From: Alphaproteobacteria bacterium
Lineage (GTDB): Bacteria > Pseudomonadota > Alphaproteobacteria > UBA828
Direction: 5' to 3'
Assembly: GCA_965237415.1 (NCBI GenBank)
Contig: CBDEFM010000002.1
Coordinates: forward strand, 2,848,001 to 2,912,000
DNA length: 64,000 nt
The position numbers and the translations under genes are program-made. Positions 20,863 through 30,501 of this stretch are shown in pieces; position 1 is the stretch's first letter; each line of letters starts with the position of its first letter. The notes under the pieces were generated by a model. It made no database searches and was not told where the DNA came from. It saw only the letters and a program-made list of their open reading frames with translations.

Positions 20863-21858
20863 ATGAGAAGACTAGTCATCTGGCACTGAAGTTGAGATCA
20901 TTATAGATTAGCAGTGCTGCCACACTAAGTCGCTCTATTGTCGAAGAATTTAGTCGTTCAACATAGTTAGCTTTATGTGGCGAACTTCAGATTCAGGTGA
21001 CTAGCACTCGTTTCCATGGCTATGGGCGCCGCGTTGGTGGCCTGGACGACGGTCGGCGCGGCGCAGGCTGCCGACCCGATGTGCGAACCCGACGAGGTCG
21101 CAGAGAAGTATCCCGATATCGCGGGCAAGACCTTGAAGATCGGCGCGGATCCGCAGACCCCGCCTTACGTGTTCCGCGATGGCGAAAATTTCGACAATGT
21201 GATCGGATACGACGCCGACCTGTCGCGCGCGGTCTTCGCCTGCGCCGGTGTCGATGTCGAGTTCGAGCTCGGCGGCTGGTCCGGCCTTCTGCCCGCCCTC
21301 GTCGCCGGCCAGATCGACGTGATGTGGGACACCCTCTACTACACCGCCGAGCGGGCCGAGCAGGTGGACTACATCGTCTACATGCAGGCCGGTACCGGCG
21401 GTATGACCCAGAAGGGCAATCCGAAGAACATCGGCGGCCTGGACGATGCCTGCGGCACGGTGTTCTCCGTCGGCCTCGGCACGGTCGAGGAAGCGGCCAT
21501 GCGCTCCCAGAGTCAGGCGTGCACCGACGGCGGCATGGAACCGGTAGAGATCATGACCTATCCGGATGTCGCCGCCGGGTTCCGGCAGGTCGAGAACCAG
21601 CGCGCCGATATCATGATGTCGGATCTGAGCCTGCTGACCAAGTACTCGATCGACAACCCGGACACGACCGAGTTGGCGTTCAAGATCCTCACCGGCTTCA
21701 AGATTGGCGTCGCCGTCGTCAACGACGCCGACGATCTGCTTCGGGCCATCGAGGACGGGCTGCGCGTCATGGAGGCGAACGGCACCAAGCGGGAGCTGTT
21801 CATCAAGTACCAGATGGACCCCGACCTCACATTGGCGACAGAGGTATTGCGCGATTAG
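20863..21858 (+). pseudogene. Polar amino-acid ABC substrate-binding protein; native start 20863 interrupted by the MITE (residual ORF 21016-21858)
   Basis: GGGAGGGA RBS + MRRL then in-frame TGA within the insert; downstream SBP_bac_3 motifs (GYDADL, WSGLLPALVAGQID, YTAERAEQVDY). Confidence 0.8.
20876..21000. mobile_element. 125-bp AT-rich MITE inserted at CTAG inside the 5' end of the amino-acid SBP gene
   Basis: CTAG at 20872-20875 and 21001-21004; imperfect 18-bp terminal inverted repeats (14/18 identical); removal restores ATG AGA AGA CTA GCA CTC GTT TCC ATG. Confidence 0.85.
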
Positions 21859-21888
21859 CAGGCGATAGGGCATCCGGTTAGCCCTTAA

Positions 21889-23957
21889 CCCAAGTTTAAC
21901 AACCCGTTTCGAAGTCTGTTGTTTATCAATGCGTTGGGGAGCAAGAATTCCGCGTATGGCACTACATTTCGGTTGCCTGTGCCGGATTCGGGGTCAGACG
22001 ATCATCTTCCTGATGCCTCCGGGAACGGGGTCTGCGCCGAGCGCCTGATAGATGGCCCGTTGTCGGAGCTCCGCGCGCGTCGGTTTGCGCACATGAAGGG
22101 TGCGGCCGTCCTTGCGCCGGAAGGTTGCCGTGACGCGCTGCTGGCCTTCGAGAATGCGTCGCAGGCTGGCCCAGCTTGCGCGCTCCCCCTGCTCGCCGAG
22201 GCGCCGGCGGATGGTCTGCACCAGCTGGTAGGCGATCACGGTGATGAACAGGTGCCCGTCGGAGCGCTTCTGGGTCTGGTGGAAGATGGGGCGCAGGCCG
22301 AGTTCGGATTTGAGCGAGCGGAACACGGCCTCCACATCTGTGAGCGCAGTATAAGTGCGCCACAACGTCTCCTCGTCCCAGTCCTCGACGTTGGTGCGCA
22401 GGCAGTAGACGCCGGATGGGTGATCATGGTGCCGGCGAGCGGGCGGCGTTCCCAAGTGACGGCGCGGGCCTTCTTTCCGCTGTCATCGGCGATGACATCG
22501 ATGACGTAGTGCGCCCCGACACCGCGGCTCTTCTCCTTGATCCGGCCGATCCGCTGCCAGACATGGTCGAGCCGCTTGCGGGTGCGCGGGCGCTTGAGGC
22601 CGTCGTGGAGCTTGCGCAGCTCACCCTCGAAGCGCGCGGCGAAGCGCGCGGCAATGCCCTGTTCCGTCTTCGCCCGCGCCTCGGAGTAGCAGTAGAGCCG
22701 CACCTCTCCCCCGTCCGCCTCGACCACCCTGTGCACATGGACCGTCTGGCGCGACCGGGTCTCGAGGGCAATCGCCAGGTCCGGGTCGAAGCGGCGCGCG
22801 CGTTCCCGGCTGACGACCAGATAGCGGTAGCCGTTCTCGCGCAGCCAGACGACATTGGCCTCGGTGGCGACCCCCGCATCCATCACCACCAGAGCGTCCG
22901 CCGGAGCATGCAAGGCGTCGAGCATGGGCGCCAGGGTCGTGTCTTCGTTGACCGCGCCCGCGAACACTTCGGACCGGCGCACGAAGCCCGCGCCGTCGAG
23001 CACCAGGCCCAGGGTGAGCAGCGGGCAATCGCTGCGCTTCTCCTTGGAGTGGCCGCGTTCGGCCTTGGGCTGGGCCGCCGCCTCACCCTCGAAGAAGGTG
23101 TTGGTCAGGTCGTACAGCGTGACCGTTTGGGGCAAGGCGAACAGGTCCGCCACCTGCTCGAACAGGTGGGCCTCGATCGCCGCGCGCCGCGCCAGCAGGG
23201 CATCGGAGGCCCGGTAGAGGCGCATCATACTCATCCGCTCGAAGTCCACGCCCAGCAACTCGCCGAGGGCCGAACGCTCGCACAGCCAGCGCCAGCTGGC
23301 GCGCTCCGAGCCCGGTGCTGCCATGCGCGCGATGATGGTGGCCATGGCCAGCGCGCGTTGCGTGCCGTTGAAGCCGAGCCGCTCCAGCAGAGCCTCCAGG
23401 CCGAGCTGCTCCATGGCCCACAGCCCGACATTCTCGACGCCGACCGAGCGCGGGCGGATCAACTCCAGGGAACTCACATCCACCGTCTGCAGGTCGGGGC
23501 GCTCGACTGCGGCGGGCGGTGCGCGATTGAGGAGTTGCGCGGCGATGCGCTGGGCATCCCGCTCCACCTCTTGCGGACAGGACAGCGGCACCAGTTCGCC
23601 CTGGCGCTCGAGCAGCTGCTGGATCCGGGCGCACAGCACGGGCCAGTGCCGTCGCTCGAGCGGGAAGTCGCTGCCGAGGTTGAGCAGGGTGTGCTGGCGG
23701 ACCCTGTCTCCGCTGCGCTCGTTGCGCACGAGGCGGTACGAGTAATAGACGTCGCCGCGTTCGGTTGTGCGTATCTTGGCGTGCCGGATGAACATGGGCG
23801 GAGGATAACGGCGGGCCCGGCCTTTGATAACCCCCTGACTCGAATATTATGTCACTACATCGCGCCCGTGAAACACGAAAACAAGCAAAATCAACGCGTT
23901 AGCGGATACCCGGCGCCCAAATACGCCAACTTCTGCCTCCCGAATGTTAAACTTGGG
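21889..23957 (-). mobile_element. IS1634-family insertion sequence (2069 bp)
   Basis: Perfect 13-bp TIRs CCCAAGTTTAACA (21889-21901) / TGTTAAACTTGGG (23945-23957), TTAA on both flanks; sits between the SBP and permease genes. Confidence 0.9.
21994..23795 (-). pseudogene. IS1634-family DDE transposase with a 1-bp frameshift near 22413
   Basis: LYDLTNTFFEG, GHSKEKRSD, VMDAG in the first frame; GVYCLRTN, VEAVFRSLKSELGLRPIFHQ in the second; adding one base restores HPGVYC. Confidence 0.9.
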
Positions 23958-23976
23958 TTAACACGCCTTAGCGGAG

Positions 23977-25773
23977 ATGCCGCTCGCCGAGCGTTTCGGC
24001 TGGACCCTGCTCGTATCGTGCGTACTTGGGGTCTTGCTGATTCTCATCGGCGACGGCATCCCCAACGCTTGGGGCATCACGCTCCAGGAACTCGCTCAGG
24101 GCGAAAAGCGCGAGAAGGCGGAGACCGGCAGCTTCCTCGCATGGCTCCGCGAGTTTTTGGGCTACGTCACCTCCTCGTTCCTGCTCGAGGGCGCGTGGCT
24201 CGCGGTCAAGATCACCGTGCTCGCCATGGCGATCGGCCTGTTCCTGGGCCTCGTGCTCGCGCTCATGCGGCTCTCCGGAATGTGGCCGCTGAGCGCGTCG
24301 TCCTGGTTCTACATCTGGTTCATGCGGGGCACGCCGCAGCTCCTGCAGCTCGTCTTCATCTTCGACGCACTGCCCTTGATCGGGCTCAGGTTCGACACCT
24401 TCACCACCGCCGTCATCGGCTTCGCGCTCAACGAGGCGGCGTTCAGCGGCGAGATCATCCGGGGCGGCATCATCTCGGTCGACCGCAATCAGAGCATCGC
24501 CGCCAAATCGCTCGGCATGGGCCCGACGCTGACGCTCCGGCGCATCATCATGCCTCAGGCGCTTCGCCCCATCCTGCCGGCCATGACGAACGACACGATC
24601 AGCATGCTGAAGCTGACGTCGATCGCGTCCGTGATCTTCGTCAACGAGCTGACCTTCCGCGCCCAGCAGATCGTCGGGCAGAACTTCAAGTTCTTCACCG
24701 TGTTCGCGGCTGCCGCAGTGATCTATCTGGTGATGACCAGCGTCATCTCCATCGTGCAGGCGATCCTCGAACGGCGTTTCAGCCTGGAGAAGCAGCCGCT
24801 CCCCGTCAGCGCCACCGCCATGGGGCGCTTTTTCGGTTTCCGCGGCATGGAGAAGCCGGTCGCAGCACCTGCGAGCTATGCCCCGGCCAGCCCGCCGCCG
24901 CCGGATCCGGACGCAGTGCCGGAACGGGTGGCGGATACGAGCGACTGGATCGAGCTCCTGGCCGAGCAGCAGCGCGAGACCCGGGAGCATAAGGACGAGC
25001 CCTTCGTGGTCTGCACCGACGTACACAAGTCCTACGGGCCGAACCACGTACTGCGCGGCATCGACATGACCGTGAAGCGGGGCGAGGTCGTGACCATCAT
25101 GGGGCCCAGCGGCTCGGGCAAGAGCACCCTGCTCAGGATGGTGAACCACCTGGAGGCCATCGACGACGGCGAGATCACGGTGGACAGCAAGTACGTCGGC
25201 TACGAGATCGTGAAGGGCAAGCTGAAGCCGAGCCGCGACCTCTCACGGGCCCGGGCGGAGGCCCGGATCGGCATGGTCTTCCAGCACTTCAACCTGTTCC
25301 ACCACTTCTCCGCGCTGGAGAACGTCGTCGAGGCGCCGATCCGCGTCTACGGCGTGCGCAAGCAGCAAGCCCATGAGGCGGCGCGCCGCCTGCTCATCGG
25401 CGTCGGGCTCGGCGGCCATCTGGACCACCTGCCGCACCGGCTCTCCGGCGGCCAGCAGCAGCGCGTGGCGATCTCGCGCGCGCTCGCCATCTCGCCCAAG
25501 CTGATGCTGTTCGACGAGCCGACATCGGCCCTCGATCCCGAGCTGGTTTCCGAAGTGCTCTCCGTGATCCGTCGCCTCGCCGAGGCGGGAATGACGCTCA
25601 TCGTGGTCACCCACGAGGTCCGCTTCGCCAAGGAGGTGGCGGACCGGGTGATCTTCATGGACGAAGGGCGGATCGTCGAGGAGGGGCCGCCCGCTCAGGT
25701 CCTCGGCAACCCGAAGGAGGCGCGCACCCGGCGCTTCCTGCAGCTCGTGGAACGCGAGGAAGGCACCTTCTAA
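23977..25773 (+). CDS. Fused polar amino-acid ABC permease / ATP-binding protein
   Basis: N-half [21 protein letters not shown]; Pro-rich linker; C-half [29 protein letters not shown]. Confidence 0.93.
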   Translation: MPLAERFGWTLLVSCVLGVLLILIGDGIPNAWGITLQELAQGEKREKAETGSFLAWLREFLGYVTSSFLLEGAWLAVKITVLAMAIGLFLGLVLALMRLSGMWPLSASSWFYIWFMRGTPQLLQLVFIFDALPLIGLRFDTFTTAVIGFALNEAAFSGEIIRGGIISVDRNQSIAAKSLGMGPTLTLRRIIMPQALRPILPAMTNDTISMLKLTSIASVIFVNELTFRAQQIVGQNFKFFTVFAAAAVIYLVMTSVISIVQAILERRFSLEKQPLPVSATAMGRFFGFRGMEKPVAAPASYAPASPPPPDPDAVPERVADTSDWIELLAEQQRETREHKDEPFVVCTDVHKSYGPNHVLRGIDMTVKRGEVVTIMGPSGSGKSTLLRMVNHLEAIDDGEITVDSKYVGYEIVKGKLKPSRDLSRARAEARIGMVFQHFNLFHHFSALENVVEAPIRVYGVRKQQAHEAARRLLIGVGLGGHLDHLPHRLSGGQQQRVAISRALAISPKLMLFDEPTSALDPELVSEVLSVIRRLAEAGMTLIVVTHEVRFAKEVADRVIFMDEGRIVEEGPPAQVLGNPKEARTRRFLQLVEREEGTF

Positions 25774-25784
25774 GGAGACGTGAC

Positions 25785-26705
25785 GTGGCCCGATCGGAGG
25801 CACCCTATCCGCGTGACATGGTGGGCTACGGCGCCAGGCCGCCGGACCCCCAATGGCCGGGTGGTGCCAATCTCTGCCTGACCATCGCCGTCAACTACGA
25901 GGCAGGCGGCGAGAACAGCATCCTCCACGGCGACTCCCATTCGGAGGGCGTGCTGACGGACACGGGCTTCCCGCCCTACGAGGGCGTGCGCAACATGATC
26001 GTGGAAAGCGCCTTCGAATACGGCAGCCGGCGCGGCTTCTGGCGGATCATGCGCATCCTCGAGGAACGCAACATAAAGACCAGCGTCTGGGCCGTGGTCA
26101 TGGGGCTGGAGCGCAACCCCGAGGCGGCCCAGGCCATCGTCGAAGGCGGCCATGAGGTCGTCAGCCACGGCTGGCGCTGGTTCGACTATCAGCATGTGCC
26201 GGAGGAGGTCGAGCGCCAGCATATCCGCCGCGCCGTCGAGGGGCTGGAACGGATGACGGGCGGGCGCCCCGTCGGCTGGATGACCGGCCGGCCGAGCCCG
26301 AACACCCGCCGCCTCCTGGTGGAGGAGGGCGGCTTCCTCTACGACCGCGACTCGCTCGGCGACGAGCTCCCCTATTGGGTTCGGGTTGGCGACACGCCCC
26401 ATCTGGTCATCCCGATTTCCTACGAGACCAACGACAACCGCTACAACGAGCACTCCGGCTTCGTCACCGCCGACGACTTCTTCACCTACATGAAGGACGC
26501 GTTCGACATGCTCTACCGGGAGGGCGAGCGGGGCGAGCCCAAGATGATGATGCTGGGTCTGCACGACCGGATCGTGGGCCGGCCTGCGCGCGCCGCCGGG
26601 CTGGAGCGCTTCCTCGATTACGTGCTCGAGCACGACAAGGTGTGGTTCGCCCGCGGCGTCGATATCGCCAGGCACTGGATGACGGTGCGTCCGGCCGCAC
26701 GATAG
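25785..26705 (+). CDS. puuE: PuuE-type allantoinase (polysaccharide deacetylase family)
   Basis: YPRDMVGYGARPPDPQWPGGA, NYEAGGE, ESAFEYGSRRGFWR, SHGWRW, GWMTGRPSPNTRRL, LHDRIVGRP. Confidence 0.85.
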   Translation: MARSEAPYPRDMVGYGARPPDPQWPGGANLCLTIAVNYEAGGENSILHGDSHSEGVLTDTGFPPYEGVRNMIVESAFEYGSRRGFWRIMRILEERNIKTSVWAVVMGLERNPEAAQAIVEGGHEVVSHGWRWFDYQHVPEEVERQHIRRAVEGLERMTGGRPVGWMTGRPSPNTRRLLVEEGGFLYDRDSLGDELPYWVRVGDTPHLVIPISYETNDNRYNEHSGFVTADDFFTYMKDAFDMLYREGERGEPKMMMLGLHDRIVGRPARAAGLERFLDYVLEHDKVWFARGVDIARHWMTVRPAAR

Positions 26706-26775
26706 CGAGACGCAGCGCTCTGGGGCTCGCCAACTCCTGCTCTGCGGCGCGCATGATCTTCATTGAGGTGACACG

Positions 26776-28143
26776 ATGGATGCATGGCTGAAGGCGGCGA
26801 CGGACTACATCCCGAACTGGCTCGACTACCAGATGCGGCAGACCGGGCAGCCGGGCTGCGTTATCGCGATCGCGCACAAGGGACGCATCGTTCTCGAAAA
26901 GGCGTTCGGAGTCGCCGATGTCTCCACGGGTCGGGCGCTGACGCCGAGGCATCGCCTCCGCGCCGCCTCCCACTCGAAGAGCTTCACCGCGGCAGGGGTG
27001 ATGAAGCTGCGGGAAGCCGGTGTGCTTCGCCTGGACGACCCGGCGGGCCGCTATGTCGACGGGCTGCATCCCACCGTGGCGGCGACGACCCTCACGCAGC
27101 TGCTGTCGCACAGCGCCGGCATGATTCGCGACGGAGCGGCGGCCGGGCAATTTCTGGACCGCCGGCCGTTCGTGAACGAGAGGGAGTTGCGCGCGACTCT
27201 TGCCGAGCCCCTGACGATCGAACCCAGCACCCGATTCAAATACTCGAACCACGCGTTCGGGCTCGTCGGGCTCGTCATGGAGGCCGTGACCGGGGAACCC
27301 TACCGCGAGTGGATCGCGCGCGAGATCGTTGCGCCGAGCGGGCTGCGCGAGACCTCGCCCGACGCACCGGCGCCAGGGCGCGCACCGACGGCGCGGGGGC
27401 ACACGCGCAAGCTGCCGCTCGGGCGCAGGCTTGTCGTGCCTGGCGACAACCCGACCTATGCCATCGCACCCGCGGGCGGCTTCATCTCGACCGCGGGCGA
27501 TCTCGCGCTCTTCTTTGCGAGCCTCGATCCGGCGGCGAAGCGAAGCGTGCTCTCGCCCGCAAGCCGTCGTGAAATGATCCGCAGGCAGTGGCGCGACGAG
27601 CACGGCAGCATGAGCGGCCATTACGGGCTCGGCATCATGCGGGGCCAAGTCGGCGAGTGGGAGTGGTTCGGTCACGCCGGGGGATTTCAGAGTTGTCTCA
27701 GCCGGACGATCGTGCTGCCGGGCCGCGATATCTCGGTGTCGATTCTGACCAATGCGTTGGACGGGCCCGCCTGGGCTTGGTCGGACGCGGCGATCCACAT
27801 TCTGCAAACGTTCGAGAAACGCGGTGCTCCAAGCGCTCGGACTCGCGATTGGGCGGGTCGTTGGTGGAGCATGTGGCGCACGATCGACCTTGTCCCGATG
27901 CGCGATCATGTCCTCGTCGACGATCCGGGCCTCACGGTTCCGTTTACAGATTCGAGCGAGATCGCCGTAACGGAAGGCGATACGGGCACGATCCGTCTCG
28001 CGCCCGGGATAGCCAATTTCGGTGAGGAAGCGCGCCTGGTGCGTGGCAAGGACGGCCGTATCCGGGAGGTCTGGGTCGGCGGGACGAAGTACCTGCCGGA
28101 GCGACGCCTCGCGTCAGAGCTCAAACGCCGATACGGCGGCTAG
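26776..28143 (+). CDS. Serine hydrolase, beta-lactamase/D-aminopeptidase family
   Basis: SxxK (ASHSK), LLSHSAG, YSN, GHAG. Confidence 0.9.
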   Translation: MDAWLKAATDYIPNWLDYQMRQTGQPGCVIAIAHKGRIVLEKAFGVADVSTGRALTPRHRLRAASHSKSFTAAGVMKLREAGVLRLDDPAGRYVDGLHPTVAATTLTQLLSHSAGMIRDGAAAGQFLDRRPFVNERELRATLAEPLTIEPSTRFKYSNHAFGLVGLVMEAVTGEPYREWIAREIVAPSGLRETSPDAPAPGRAPTARGHTRKLPLGRRLVVPGDNPTYAIAPAGGFISTAGDLALFFASLDPAAKRSVLSPASRREMIRRQWRDEHGSMSGHYGLGIMRGQVGEWEWFGHAGGFQSCLSRTIVLPGRDISVSILTNALDGPAWAWSDAAIHILQTFEKRGAPSARTRDWAGRWWSMWRTIDLVPMRDHVLVDDPGLTVPFTDSSEIAVTEGDTGTIRLAPGIANFGEEARLVRGKDGRIREVWVGGTKYLPERRLASELKRRYGG

Positions 28144-28263
28144 CCCTCCTTGAGGGGAACGCGTTCAAGTGGCTGACGTTGACCCCCGTCGAACGACTGC
28201 CTAAGGTCGCGGCCCCCGCACGCGGGAGGCGAGGGAACGAGGCTAAGCGGGGGGCATCGAGCC

Positions 28264-28782
28264 ATGGCCGTGGAGCGTAAAGAGGTGGCCGAGCAGCGCT
28301 ATCGCGAGTCCTACGGGCGCTATTTCGAGGACTTCGTGGTGGGCGATGTCTACGAGCACCGGCCGGGCCGGACGCTCACCGAGTACGACAACATTTCCTT
28401 CACGCTCCTTACCATGAACACCCACCCGCTCCATTTCGACAGCCACTACGCATCGCACAGCGAGTTCGGCAAGCCGCTGGTCAACAGCGCGCTGACCCTG
28501 GCTATCGTCGCCGGCATGTCGGTGAGCGATATCAGCCAGAAGGCGATCGCCAACCTCGGCTGGAACGACATCAAGCTGACCGCGCCAGTCTTCGCCGGCG
28601 ATACCATCTATGCCGAATCCGAGGTGCTCGCGACAAGGGAATCGCGCTCCCGCTCCACCCAGGGCATTGTTACGGTCAAGACCACCGGCAAGAAGTCCGA
28701 CGGCACGGTTTTCATGACCTACGAGCGCACGGTGCTGGTGCCGAAGCGCGGCCACGCCGTGGACGACCGCGCCGACTACTGA
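28264..28782 (+). CDS. MaoC-family (hotdog) acyl-CoA dehydratase
   Basis: GRYFEDFVVG..H..GRT, NTHPLHFD, PVFAGDTIYAESEV. Confidence 0.92.
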   Translation: MAVERKEVAEQRYRESYGRYFEDFVVGDVYEHRPGRTLTEYDNISFTLLTMNTHPLHFDSHYASHSEFGKPLVNSALTLAIVAGMSVSDISQKAIANLGWNDIKLTAPVFAGDTIYAESEVLATRESRSRSTQGIVTVKTTGKKSDGTVFMTYERTVLVPKRGHAVDDRADY

Positions 28783-28882
28783 GCCTGACCGGCCGCCGCG
28801 TCCGTGAGCGGCGGAGTGGGGCGGCGAATGCCACTCGGCAGGCAGACCGGGCTGCGGTATAATCGCGCGAGCGGAGGTACGC

Positions 28883-30334
28883 ATGCGCACAAGAATCATC
28901 CACCTGATCAATCCCCAGACCGACCAGTTCACCACGCGGCCCATGTATTTCGGCCGGGCGCTCTATTCGCCGCTGGCGGGTCTGCTGGCGGTCGCGGCGG
29001 TGATTCCGCAGGACAAGTACGAAGTCGTGATGACCGATGAGAACATCGAGGACATCGACTTCGACCTGAAGGTCGACATGGTCGGCATCTCGGCGATGAC
29101 GAGCTACGTGAAGCGCGGCTACGAGATTGCCGATGCCTTCCGCGCCCGCGGCGTGCCCGTGATCATGGGCGGCGTGCACGCGAGCTTCATGCCAGAGGAG
29201 GCGCTGGAGCGTTGCGACGCCGTGGTGATCGGAGAGGCCGAGCTGGTCATGCCCAAGGTCCTGGACGACCTGGATCGCGGCGAGCTCAAGGGCGTCTACC
29301 GCGCCGACACGCTTCACCCGATGGTCGGTGTGCCCATGCCGCGCTACGACCTGGTGAAGAAGAACCGCTACGTCAACCGCACCTTCGTCCAGACATCGCG
29401 CGGCTGCCATCAGGGCTGCACCTTCTGTGCCGAGCCGCTGATGAACGGGCTCAAGTTCCGCTACCGGCCGGTCGACGAGGTGATCCGAGAGATTGAAAAT
29501 TGCGGGCAGCGCACGATCTCGCTCAACGACGCCGACTTCTTCGGCACCGAGGAGCGACCCAAGGAGGTGATGCGGGCGCTCAGGGGGCGCGGCATCCGCT
29601 GGCAGGCCGCCGCCACCAGCAAGCTCGCTCAGAAAGACGAGATGCTGGAGCTCGCGGCCGAGAGCGGCTGCTATATGTTGAGCATCGGCTTCGAATCGAT
29701 CTCGCGCGACACGCTCAAGAGCGTCCACAAGTACGTCAACCGGCCGGAGCAGTTCGCCGCGCTGGTGGAGAAGATCCACAGCTACGGGATCATGGTCTTC
29801 GGGCTCTTCATGTTCGGCTTCGAGGGCGACAACGAGGCCGTCTTCGACGAGACGACCAAATTCAACATCGACGCCAATTACGACGCGTGCGCCTACTCGG
29901 TGCTGACCCCCTATCCCGGCACGCTCACGTGGTACCAGATGAAGAAGGCCGGGCAGATCGTCTCCTACGACTGGGATCTCTACGACCAGGGGCACATCGT
30001 CTACCGGCCGGAGAAGCTCACCACCGCGCAGCTCCGCGAGGGCCACATGCGGGCCTACGCGAAATTCTACTCGCTCCCCTCGATCGCCAAGCGCTTCCCG
30101 CTCAGGGGCTCGCGCAACCGGCTCCATTGGACCATCTACAACGGGTTCTTCCGCCGTGGCGAGGTTACGGGAAGGGGGCTCGAGAAGCCCATTGCGGATG
30201 CGACCCCGGAGCCCAGCACCATCCCGGTGCCACCGATCATGCCGCAGAAGCGCGAATGGCGGGAGATGGTGGCCGAGGGCATCGGCCCGATGCCGGTCCC
30301 CCAGACCGAGCGCGAGCTCCGCAGCCGGGCGTGA
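28883..30334 (+). CDS. B12-binding domain radical SAM protein
   Basis: N-terminal cobalamin-binding domain (VGISAMT, GGVHAS, VIGEAE); TSRGCHQGCTFC; TPYPGT. Confidence 0.93.
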   Translation: MRTRIIHLINPQTDQFTTRPMYFGRALYSPLAGLLAVAAVIPQDKYEVVMTDENIEDIDFDLKVDMVGISAMTSYVKRGYEIADAFRARGVPVIMGGVHASFMPEEALERCDAVVIGEAELVMPKVLDDLDRGELKGVYRADTLHPMVGVPMPRYDLVKKNRYVNRTFVQTSRGCHQGCTFCAEPLMNGLKFRYRPVDEVIREIENCGQRTISLNDADFFGTEERPKEVMRALRGRGIRWQAAATSKLAQKDEMLELAAESGCYMLSIGFESISRDTLKSVHKYVNRPEQFAALVEKIHSYGIMVFGLFMFGFEGDNEAVFDETTKFNIDANYDACAYSVLTPYPGTLTWYQMKKAGQIVSYDWDLYDQGHIVYRPEKLTTAQLREGHMRAYAKFYSLPSIAKRFPLRGSRNRLHWTIYNGFFRRGEVTGRGLEKPIADATPEPSTIPVPPIMPQKREWREMVAEGIGPMPVPQTERELRSRA

Positions 30335-30335
30335 C

Positions 30336-30375
30336 GGGCCGCCCCGGCCCGCGAGGCGGCCCGAAGGGTTTTTTT
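30336..30375 (+). terminator. Possible intrinsic terminator after the radical SAM gene
   Basis: GGGCCGCC...GGCGGCCC stem then a T7 run, offset by about 6 nt. Confidence 0.4.
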
Positions 30376-30501
30376 GCAAAACGAACCCAATTTGTCATAA
30401 CTCCCTGATATAGTTCCTCTATTTCTCGATTCCCGCGGCCGCAGATGGCGGATCGGCAGGCCGCGCCGCCATGCCGGATGCCGGGAAGAGGAGCGCCAAC
30501 C

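Noticed and set aside
22416-24992. 858-aa plus-strand ORF spanning the IS and permease
   Set aside because: Antisense/off-frame shadow of the transposase and permease; crosses the IS boundary and has no motifs
26776-28143. Beta-lactam resistance gene
   Set aside because: No signal peptide, and motifs fit the broad cytoplasmic serine hydrolase family; resistance is not supportable
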